From assembly GCA_000442015.1 (NCBI GenBank), contig KE561117.1:1-64000 (forward strand): a DNA stretch of 64,000 nucleotides. Reading direction: 5' to 3'. Positions 26,783 to 37,829 of the stretch are shown here, piece after piece; position 1 is the first letter of the stretch, and each line of letters begins with the position of its first letter. The translations under genes were made by a program, and so were the position numbers. The notes under the pieces are model-generated. The model saw only the letters and a program-made list of their open reading frames with translations. It was not told the DNA's origin and made no database searches. This stretch comes from Rozella allomycis CSF55 (Eukaryota).

Positions 26783-28561
26783 ATGGATGACGCTTCTACC
26801 ATTTCAATTCAGTCCAACAATATTATCGGTAATTTTTAAATCAATTCTTTTAAAGAGAAAACAAAATCAATTTTTAAAAGATTCAGCAAAGACAGTAGAC
26901 AAGCAAGTCAAACTGTCAAGTAAACAAAATATGTTCTTTCAAGTAGTGAGCAGGAAATATCTGAAGAAATATCAAGAGAACAAAATAATGAATACTCTAT
27001 AGAGACACATGAGAAATCCGCTGCAGCTAAGATCTATTTTGAACAGTACTTTGATTCTTTATCCAAAAACCCTCTTCAAAGATACAAAAGACGAGTCATT
27101 TTTGAAAAAGAATTAGAAAACATGAATATTCCTGATTCAGAGAAACAGCAAGTTAGACAATCATGGTTGAAACAAGAGTCCGACAATATGAGGATGCTTC
27201 GTCAAAAAATAGCGGTTGATTCGTTTGAAGTTATAAAAATACTTGGAAAGGGGGCATTTGGCGTTGTTAAACTCGTTAAAGAAAAAGATACCGGCGAATT
27301 ATTCGCCATGAAAATCATAAGGAAAGATGTGGCACTAAAAAAGAGACAAGAAGGGCATGTGCGGGCCGAGAGAGATTTTCTTATTGAAGCTAGCGAAAGT
27401 TCAAAGTGGATTGTCAAATTGGTTTATTCTTTCCAAGATAACAACAATTTATACATGGTCATGGAATATATGCCGGTAATGAAAATTAATAATTAATTAC
27501 AGGGCGGAGATCTGCTTACGTTACTCATAAGACAAGATGTGCTTAACGAAGACATGGCCAAATTTTATGCCGCGGAAATGGTTTGTGCAATCGCTGAAGC
27601 TCATCAACTTGGCTACATACATAGAGACGTTAAACCAGATAATTTCCTTTTCGAAGAATCCGGACATTTGAAATTAAGTGATTTCGGTTTGGCTACAAAT
27701 TTCCATTGGACGCACGATGCTGCATTTTATGATTTGCATCGATCCAAAACTCAAACAGTACTTCAAAGAAATCAATCAAATGCACAGATTGAAGATTCCA
27801 CTAATTCTATGGCTGAATCGTCCGCAGAGGCTCACATGCTAGTTCCACCATCCAAAGATAAGATTCTTGATTGGAGAGACAGACACAGAAAACAGCAAGC
27901 TTACTCGATCGTAGGAACAAATAATTACATGGCAGTAGAAGTTATACAAGGAAAGGACGGTTACGATGAACTTTGTGATTGGTGGAGTTTCGGTGTCATC
28001 CTGTATGAAATGCTGTATGGCTTTCCCCCATTTTGCTCTTCCTCTAAGCACAACACCAAATTAAAAATTCTTAGATGGAAGCAGACATTAAAATTTCCAG
28101 ATGAACCGGTCGTTAGTAATGAAGCCAAAGACTTGATAGAAAAATTACTTTGTGACCCAGAGAGTCGCCTAGGACGCGTCAAAAAGGAAAACGATGAGAA
28201 TGTACAAGACAACGAAGTACTTGAAGCCCGAGAAGATATAGAGCAAATTAAGGCACATCCGTTTTTTGCTGAAATTGACTGGGAAAACATTCGAACCAAG
28301 AGGCCGCCATTTGTTCCAGACCTGAAATCCAGCACTGATACAAGTTATTTTGACGAAGTCCAAGAATCCAACTCGCATTCTTCATCGCAAGGATTAAATG
28401 AGGAAACCTTAACGGAAGAAGACAAAAAGGTGATGGAGCTTCGAAAAGAGTTTGCGTTTGTAGGATTCACATTTCGAGGATCACACCGATTGCGACCCAG
28501 ATATTTGAAGCACAAGCAAAACGAAGAGGACGCTGCATCATCTGCAGTTGATGATGTCTGA
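26783..28561 (+). CDS. NDR/LATS-family kinase (Cbk1-like)
   Basis: N-terminal regulatory segment (KQESDNMRMLRQK), GKGAFGVV, HVRAERDFL, HRDVKPDNFL, long activation insert, AYSIVGTNNYMA, FAFVGFTF. Confidence 0.92.
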
Positions 28562-28608
28562 TGATAAACTATACTTTAATAAAAATTAGGTTTGTGATTA
28601 TTAATTTG

Positions 28609-31600
28609 ATGCATTCATTATTTAGCCAAAATGTTTCAAAGCCGAGAAATAAGAAGCGAGATGGTAACCTAGCGTACCGTGGTTATTGCATGGTTCCTCC
28701 GCCACAAATACAGACGACGGTATCTCAGAATAGCGATAGTTTTATCAAAAAAATTAAAAAGAGAATATATAACTGGATTAATGGCGTAAGTAATCATTCG
28801 TTGCAGCTGTCGCCTTCTGTGAGACGAAAATTCCCACGACAATCAGTGAATTCGCAAGAATCGAGGAAGGTGTATTGCAATGTGCCTGTGCAGAGAAGTG
28901 TATTGGAGAAGAATCGGTATTGCTCGAATGAGATAAAGACAACAAAGTATACAGTGTGGACCTTTCTGCCCAAGAATATGTTTGAGCAATTTAGAAGAGT
29001 TGCTAATTTTTATTTCTTGTTTATGATTGTGTTGCAGGCGATACCTGAATTGCACACGACAGATATAATATTTGCTGCGGCGCCAATAGTGATAATAGTG
29101 TTGATTACTGCCGCCAAGGATGGATTTGAAGATTACAAGAGACATAAATCTGATAATACTGTGAACAATGAGACTGTTTTGGTGTTGAATAACTGGAAGA
29201 ATGTGAATGAGCTTAATGAAAGGCATCCGTCAGCGGAAGAGATTACTTTGAAAAATAGTGAACAGGATGAAGATAAAAATGCAAGTAATGGGGCTGGATG
29301 GCGAAAGATTTTTTGGAAGGAAATTAAAGTTGGTGATATTTTGAGATTAGAAAACAATTATGCGATACCAGCAGATTTGATAATTTTATCGACAACCGAG
29401 CCAGATTCAGTTTGTTATGTGGAGACTAAAAATCTTGATGGAGAAACTAATTTGAAGATTAGAAGAGGGCCATCTGAACTGACGTGGTTGAAAACTGATC
29501 AAGATTGCAGGAAATTTAAATGTACTGTGGAATCTGAGGCCGTTACTAGCAATTTGTATATGTACAATGGAAGGATAAATGTGATTAATGAGGAAGAAAA
29601 GACTACGGTTATTCCAGTGAATATTAACAATTTGTTGTTGAGGGGGTGCTTTCTGCGAAATACCAGTCATATAATTGGAATAGTTGTTTCAACTGGCGTG
29701 GATACTAAATTGATGTTGAATTCTGGACCGACGCCATCCAAGAGGAGTAAAATAGATAGAATGTTGAATCCCCAGGTAAAAAGATGATTGTAATATTTTT
29801 GTGGTTGTTATGAATTTTTTATTGCTTTTTGTGTTGAGTTTTGTTTGTGCGATTAATTATGGCTTATTCACTGCGAATTTTACCGCCAATGGAAATCCAT
29901 TTTTACCGAATGATGTCACTAATTCTGGTAGAAATCAAAATGGAATAAAAGATAGGAAAAAGTCCATATTATATCGGATTTTTGACATTTTGGTCTAGTT
30001 TGATATTATTTCAGAATATAATACCGATTTCGTTGTATTTAGCGTTAGAGATTTGTAAAACTGTTCAAGTATGGTAGAATTGAAGATAACAAAGGCATTT
30101 TTTATATTTTCGGATGTTGAAATGTACCATGAGGGGACTGATTCACCGTGTACGCCCCGATCGTGGACATTGTCTGATGATTTGGGACAGATTGAATATA
30201 TATTTTCAGACAAGGTAAGTGTATTGATGATTTAATATGAGACTGGAACGCTGACTAGAAATGTGATGGAGCTGAAAAAGATATCTGTTGCTGGGGCTAT
30301 TTATGGGTTTACTGAGAATGATTTGGAGAAACCGATTAGAAGGTTTAATTCGAGTGAGAATGCAGAAGAGGAGGAGAATTTTGCTGATTTGGATGCAATT
30401 AGAAAGAAGATGATGAAGGACATGACGATATTGTTGAAGGGGAAGAATGTGAGTGTTGAGCAAAGTTTTGTTGATCCATTTTTGTTTTCACACTTGTTGA
30501 ATATTCCAGAACAGTCTAGAAACATTATAGACTTTTTTAGAATCTTGTCGGTTTGTCATACAGTGTTATCGCAGAAGCCGAATTGTAGTACACAAATTTC
30601 AGGAGATGACATTGCGGATACGAAATATTCAGAAATAATTTATAAAGCGCAGTCGCCTGATGAAGCTGCGCTTGTTTCTGCGTCTAGAAATTTAGGGTTT
30701 TCATTTTTGTATCGTGAGAATGATTTTTTGTATATTGATTTGCTTGGAAAGATTGAGAAATATAAAATATTGAATGTTTTGGAATTTAATAGTTCAAGAA
30801 AGAGAATGTCTGTTATTGTTCAACGAATGACTGGTGAAATTTTGTTGTATTGCAAGGGTGCTGATAGTGTGATTTATGAAAGATTAGCAAAAATACAAAA
30901 AGAATTGGAATCTGAAACATTGATTCATTTAGAATCATTTGCACAAGAAGGTAAAGAAAGATTGTTGGGGATTTAAAGGATTGAGAACACTTTGTTTGGC
31001 TTATAGAGTGATTGATGCAGACGAATATGAATCATGGTCTTTGCGTTACAGTGAAGCGTCGAGTAGTTTGAAAGAAAGAGAAATTTTGATTGATAAAATT
31101 GCTTCAGAGATTGAAAATAATTTGATTCTTGTGGGAGCGACAGCCATTGAAGATAAATTGCAAGAAGGTGTCCCTGAAACAATTGAATTGCTGGGGAGAG
31201 CGGGAATGAAAATTTGGGTTTTGACGGGCGATAAAATGGAGACTGCGATTAACATTGGTTTCTCTTGCAATCTTCTAAGAAGAGACATGCTTTTATTAGT
31301 AATCAAAGGTAACAAAGGCTTTACATATATTATTTAGGTAACTTGCATTGTTAAGTTTGAACTAGGTAATCTTGATTGTCTCTATTTATGAATAGGTAAT
31401 CTTAAATCCTCTATCTATAAATAGGTAATCTTTAATCCTCTATCTATAAATAGGTTCCGATGCAGCTTCAACAGAAAAACAAATTAAAGACGCCCTAGAT
31501 CAGGTTTGGGGTTCAGATTCAAATGACGCAAGAGGAAGACTTTTAAGCGCCGCTGAAAATGCAGGGGTCTCCTTTGGAAAGCAAAATGGAAAAAATTTGA

Positions 31601-33237
31601 AAGATTTACAAACTGCTTTAATAATTGATGGCCATTCATTAAAATTTGCTCTAGAACCCTCGCTAAGAAATTTATTATTAGAATTAGGCTGTAAATGCAA
31701 AGCGGTAATTTGTTGTCGCGTTTCTCCTCTACAAAAAGCCCAAGTAGTTGAACTAGTCAAACATGGTAAAGGCTCTATGACTTTGGCTATTGGCGATGGC
31801 GCTAACGATGTCTCCATGATTCAAGCTGCTGACATTGGCGTTGGAATAGCTGGTGAAGAAGGTGTTCAAGCTACAATGGCAAGTGATTACTCCATCGCTC
31901 AATTCCGCTATCTTCAAAGACTTTTACTTGTTCACGGCAGATGGTCCTATTTAAGAATATCTGGCATGATCCTCAATTCCTTCTTTAAAAATACAATCCT
32001 CACTCTGTGTGCCTTTTGGTACCAATTCTACTGTGGATTCTCTGCTGAAACCCCTTACGATTTTCTTTACATTTTATACTACAATTTATTCTACGCTAAT
32101 TTACCCACATTGTTCCTTGGCATGTTTGATCAAGACATCAATCACACCTTTTGTCTCAAAGTTCCCCAATTATACCAAAGAGGTATCAAACAACAAGTTT
32201 TCACGTTTCTCCATTTCATTTTATACAATTTTGATGGCATCTTTCAATCCTTAATGGCTTACTTCATTCCAATGGTCGCTTTCGTTGATACCCCTCTTCT
32301 ACCAGGGTATGGCGACGACTTTAATTCTTTCGGTTCAACTGTCGCTATAGCCACCATCTGTCTTGCTAATTTCTATTGTGGTATCAATTTTTACAGCATT
32401 CATTGGTTAACCATCGCTGGAATATTCATCGGTATTCTCTTGACTTTCTTGTTCGCTGGGATTAGTAGCATTTTCCCAGACGAAAGTCTTTACGGCTCAA
32501 TCCTAATTCTTTTAAGACAACCCATTTTCTATTTTACATTTCTAATCACTACAGTTATTTCTTTAGCTCCAAGAATCATTCTTCACTACATTCAAGTAAT
32601 TCTTTATCCATCAGATCTCGACATTGTAAGAGAAATTCAAGTTTTCAATCTTCAACCGGCTTCTCTTTTTGAAGCGGCTAAAAGAAGACCCTCAATCAAA
32701 CTGCTAGAAGACAATATCATATCAATACCAGAAAAGTCATTCGTTAAACCATTTGTCCAAACTGAAACAATCTCTACTTCATTTACAGATATCCATGACT
32801 TGTACAAGATTGAAGAAAATATTCCAACTATTAAAAGAATCCCCAAAGCCTTCAATTTCGCTCTGAAACTGAGAACTTTGAAAAATGCGAGCTCTATTTT
32901 TTATATGCGCACAGGCCAGTTTGAAAAACTAAGAGGATTCGGGTTCTCCCAAGAAGAAGGAATGAAAGATATCGTCACGGGGAAAGCATTCGGTGTCTCT
33001 GTCAGCGCTAGAAAAGACCTCGATCTGCCTAGAATACCTAAAGCTGCCATCAAAGAAGATATTCGGTATCCAAGAACTTTATACATTCCTACACAGTCAA
33101 CTGGACGCCAGAGAGATCAGTCCTTTTCATTGTCACAGAATTCACATTCCAGGCGATCTAGCTATCTCACTCCGCCAAGACTATCTAAAACTATTTCAAA
33201 AGAAAAAATAAGACAACATGATCAAAAGAAACAATAA
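28609..33237 (+). CDS. P4-type ATPase phospholipid flippase (Dnf1/Drs2-like)
   Basis: [85 protein letters not shown]. Confidence 0.97.
31309..31453 (+). repeat. Intronic array of five abutting GT..AG units (29, 28, 30, 29, 29 nt)
   Basis: Units at 31309-37, 31338-65, 31366-95, 31396-424 and 31425-453 all start GTAA and end TAG. The last two differ by one base. Removing all five gives in-frame ...LVIKG|SDAAS.... Confidence 0.9.
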
Positions 33238-33296
33238 ACATCCAACCGTAAAATAAATCAATCTTTTTGTTCATCCGCTTTATTACTTTTTGTTTA

Positions 33297-33561
33297 TTAA
33301 TCGAATCTAAACCCTCTTCCTTGGTGTTACTATCGGTGCTACCTGCGCAAGATACGTCAACGCCCATCTATCAAAATTGCTCCTATTTCTTACGGGATAT
33401 ACAGACAAACCAATGTAAGCACAATAGAAACTTGGTATACTCTAAGTCTAGCCACCAAATCAAACTTACAGTTGATCAGGCCCTTTCTTGGGTAATCTGA
33501 CACCAACAAAACAAAGAACTAGCACTACTAGCCCGACTATCAATACAGCCAGCGCGCCCAT
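33297..33561 (-). CDS. VMA9: V-type ATPase V0 subunit e
   Basis: Three exons absent from the ORF track: MGALAVLIVGLVVLVLCFVGVRLPKKGPDQL|VYQVSIVLTLVCLYIP|WALTYLAQVAPIVTPRRGFRFD. Confidence 0.88.
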
Positions 33562-33576
33562 TATGAAATTTCGCAA

Positions 33577-34428
33577 ATGACTAGTTTTGATTCAAAAGCC
33601 TTAAACCGCCGTGTTTGGCTAGTCAAGGTACATTTAAAATAAAACAATAAAAAGCTTCCAAAATCTCTTGCCGAAAAATGGAATACACTCCCTCAGAATA
33701 ACGTCGAGCTGGGAACTCTGCGGTTTGGAGACACAAAGTATTGTCTTTGCTCTCATATTATAGAATGGACGGCTCACAAGATATTTCTCTGACACTATCA
33801 AATATTCCGCAGCATGAAGGGATCCCAAAAGAGTTTTCTTTTGAGAATGGAAGCAGAAAGGATATTAATATGCATGTATTGAGGCTGGATGATCAGGGAA
33901 GTATGGATTTGATTTGTGCGGTATAGATCCGATCGGCATTCAGGGAGTTATTGATCGAGAGATTGTGCTGAAACCTTCAAGGACGCAAGATGTTGCGTCG
34001 ATTTTGAAAAGAGAAACTTTGGAGGCGATGAAACCGAAAAGAAAGATCGTTGAAGTTGATGTTGTTAAAGACAAGGTTGGTTTTGTGAAACCAATTGCTT
34101 ACACTCAGGATTACCTTAATGTACGCCTATAATTCGGTGTTTAGTGTAGAAAAAGAAACAATTGCAAGAAGGAAAAAGAGACAGATTGCCAAAGGAACAT
34201 GTTTTGAATCAACTGTTTAAGGCATTTGAGAAGCATCCATATTGGGCTTTGAAGGACCTTGTACGAACGACTAACCAGCCAGTCGTAAATTCTTATTAAG
34301 CCCTCTAATAGACTTACATTAAAGAACTTTTAAATGAAATTTGTGTTATAAACTCCAGAGGGCCATATAAAAACCTGTATCAATTAAGACAGGATTTCAC
34401 TCAACGCACTAGCATGGATATAGATTAA
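33577..34428 (+). CDS. TFG2: Transcription factor TFIIF subunit beta (RAP30)
   Basis: RRVWLVK|LPKSLAEKW, LFKAFEKHPYWALKDLVRTTNQPV, LNEICVINSRGPYKNLYQLR. Confidence 0.9.
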
Positions 34429-34493
34429 ATAAATTATAAATGAATAGTTAAATTGTTAAAAATAATGTTTCTGAAGACACTGTTTATTCAGAC

Positions 34494-35294
34494 TTACAAC
34501 CATTGGAACACTACAGCCAATGCAGTACTGGCGATCAATGAGAGCCCAGTCCATGTTGCTACACTTGAGCCAGAGCTTGATTGCTTGGACGCCCCATCAG
34601 CCTTATAAGTTGAGCCATCGGTAGTGGCAGCGATTTGAAGACACTTGTCCAAAGTAACTAGATTATTCCCGGCGCCCTTTAAGAAGCTAATTATGGATGG
34701 GACAGCCTCTACGCTAGCCATTACAGGTTCATTTTGTACTGAGATGTAACTTGTCTTGAAACCAGCTGATTGGTTGACAGCAGTTTGAAATGTGTTGAGA
34801 ACGTTGGATGCCGTGATATTTGGCATGTAATCCATAGAGTCAAGACTAGCTTCACTAACGACGTAGCCCATAGATTCAAGGACGGATACTGTTTGTGCAG
34901 TATACCCACCAACTGGAAGACGGACAAACTTTGGAGAAAGATTAGTCAATGCCTTAATTTGAGCGGTAGCAGCAGCAAAGTTTGCACGAACATCTGCATC
35001 AGACATCGTCAAGAGGTTCCATGAAGGTTCGGCGCGGATTCCAATGACGTGACCTTCGGCCGCGATGTTTTTGGTTTTCATTTGGAAGACTGGATCCTTA
35101 GTATAGCTGGCTACGATGTGGAAAGTTGCTTTTAACCCACTGTCACGAAGCTTGAGGAGGAGAGAATCCGTATTAGCGCTTGGACCGTTATCAAAGGTCA
35201 AGGCAAAGTCACCGGGTGTTACACATAGCTTTTTGACTTCTGCGTTTACATTGTTTAGGGCTAAAGCGCTGAGAAGAATGGCAAGGAGTTTCAT
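34494..35294 (-). CDS. Secreted, probably GPI-anchored polysaccharide (chitin) deacetylase-like CE4 protein with degenerate active site
   Basis: Signal peptide, FALTFDNGP, KATFHI, GHVIG, VRLPVG, SLDSMDY, LVTLDKCL, Ser-rich linker and hydrophobic C-terminus; intronless. Confidence 0.85.
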   Translation of the reverse strand: MKLLAILLSALALNNVNAEVKKLCVTPGDFALTFDNGPSANTDSLLLKLRDSGLKATFHIVASYTKDPVFQMKTKNIAAEGHVIGIRAEPSWNLLTMSDADVRANFAAATAQIKALTNLSPKFVRLPVGGYTAQTVSVLESMGYVVSEASLDSMDYMPNITASNVLNTFQTAVNQSAGFKTSYISVQNEPVMASVEAVPSIISFLKGAGNNLVTLDKCLQIAATTDGSTYKADGASKQSSSGSSVATWTGLSLIASTALAVVFQWL

Positions 35295-35443
35295 GAGCGT
35301 TGTTAAGATGATTGTCGGAAAATAAATCCCTTTTATACCCGAGCTAGGAAAAAATTTCTAATAATAACTACCAATGAAAAAATGAAAGACATGCGATAAA
35401 TATTAATGTAAATGGTTTTATTGGGTTTAATTACAGAGCGCTG

Positions 35444-37266
35444 TTAACCGATTTCAACTTGTTTTTCCTTTGGGGCTTGCAAAGAAGCAATCGCTAATGA
35501 AAAATTGGTAACGACTTTAAGCGACATTCTATTTTTGATAGGTTGGGTGCTGTAGCTAGATTCATTGTTATCATTTTCACCTGATTGCTCTTGTTCTTCT
35601 TCTATCGCAATCAATTGGTCATGAAGTGATTGTAAATCGGCCAATAAATGTTGATTTAAATCAATTCCCGATGCTTTCAAGTCTTGACAAACTTTATCAA
35701 ATTTTGAGACGTCTTGCTTCATCATGCAGAGCTCTAACAACATTGTGTAAGTTTGAGGGCCAAGGTTTTTAGTGAAATTTTCAGCTGTGGGGCTGCATTC
35801 AACATCAGGTAGTTGCAATTGGTTATGAATAATAGAAGGCAAAGGTGGATGCATGGACTTTGTTGATCTCTTTCTGATAGCAATACTTCGAGTGGACTTT
35901 CTACTTGGAGTAGGCGGAGGACTAGATACTGCATCTTCGTAGATTTCAAAAGCACGTTTAAAAAATTCATCGCCGTGCTCGGCATCTGGATTTAAGATCA
36001 AAGGAGAAACAACTTCTTGATTTGAAGAGGGCTTGTTTTCACTGCCATTATTATTGCTTTGCGACCCACTTTCACAATCCCCGACATGCTCCTTGGTACC
36101 ATCCTTTATGCATTTAACGCAAAGCCTTAAAATAGGAGATATTAAATAACCATCAGACGACTTGTTACGATAAAATGACGCTTTCAGTTGATTGTATATT
36201 CTATTAACTTTTGCAAATCTAGACCCTGGTTCCAAAGAATCAGCAACTATTTCCAACAATTGATGAAGAATATAAACGATGGAACCTTCCATTTCTTTGA
36301 TATCCTGCAACACAAATCTACTGTAAAACGCCCATGCTCTAGCTTCCCACCGTGTCTTTTCTTCCAAATATTCCTTGGCACTTTTAAGAGATAATGCCAT
36401 TGCCATTTTTGCATCGGGTGATTTGTCACTAAAAAATGCACATCGACAGAGCGTTGCAACAATCCTGGCAGTGTTTCTATCCATTTGTTTTATTGATTCA
36501 TAAACTTTCCATGCATATTCGTATTGCCCATAGTTCAATGAAACATCCATTATGGCATTATCTAAAGCCAAATGTTCAGAGTCTAAAGTATTAAGTTTCG
36601 CTTCTTCATACAAGCGCATCATTTCCTTCCATTTCACTTGTAAAGACATAGAAGAATACCAATATTTTAAAAGTTTCTTATCTATTCCCCCTTCATTGTG
36701 ATTTGAAGAATCAATAAATTCTCTATAAATTTCTTCGGCCTTTTCCAAATCTTGAGGAGATTTTTCCATACTCCATTCTATACCAGCCCGAATCATTGAA
36801 AACGTCCATTTTTTGTATGGGATACGTTGAAGAATATTCCACGCTCTTTCAGTCTCCATTCTATTTCTAAAATTCATGGCCAAAGTCCACAATAAATCAC
36901 TGCCCAACTCAATACGAGCTTCTGTAAGCTTTTCATATAAAAGATAAGTTAAACATGGTGTTGTTATATGAATTTTGTCATCCTTCTTCATTACTTCTTC
37001 TAAATGCCGCAACTTTGATTGAACATTCCGGTCTAACATTTCTTCAAACAGTTGGATCCACTTTAATAAACTCTTTGTACGAAAATCATTAGCGTCTAAT
37101 TGATTCAAGTCCTGAAATAGTTTCACAGTGAGTTGGTCCCCAGTTTCCATATAAGAGCCTTTGCTTTCTTCAGTAGATTCACATTTATCAGTCTTTAAAG
37201 TATTTATAAAATTAAATAAGTTGTCTATAATAGTATCTGAGGATACCGAGTAAGTTTTCTCGGCCA
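35444..37266 (-). CDS. Hypothetical alpha-helical repeat (PPR/TPR-like) protein
   Basis: ~600-aa uninterrupted ORF with PPR-like segments (NAIMDVSLNYGQYEYAWKVYESI, QTYTMLLELC). Confidence 0.6.
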
Positions 37267-37829
37267 TTTTTTCTGACGGAAAAATGCAAGCCAATCAAAA
37301 AAATTTTCGTGACGAATTTTATACATCGTATGATTGCCGAGAATTAAAACATTAAAACATTATTTTGCTTAATTTATATTAGATGACAATTTCTTGGTGA
37401 AGTGACATTACGTAGTACATGGGGAAAATACCTCAATGCAAAATACTAAATTCCTAATATCGTCTATCATAGAACTATTCGCGTAGTGTACTAGTGTTTA
37501 AGTAATTTAGCGGCTATCTTAAGTCCAGTGGAAGTCTAGAGGGTTATGGAGAAACTGACGTCTGACATAAACACGGGCATACAACATCAAAGATTTAAGA
37601 ATCCAGTTTATTATATAATATATATTCAATTTTCTGTTTTCAATTAAGCGACATCACATTACATCATAAACGAAAATAAATACAATTGACGCTATGTAAA
37701 CCTTTCCAGCCTTTAAGTTGTGAGAAACATATAAACTGTTAACTAAAACTATTTTTTTATTGGCGTTGTTTGTATTATTCTTATTTTTGTTCATTTGTTA
37801 GTGGCTTAGTTCTGGAATAATTTTTTCGC

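Noticed and set aside
31309-31453. CRISPR-like repeat array
   Set aside because: Eukaryotic intron, no unique spacers, no cas genes.
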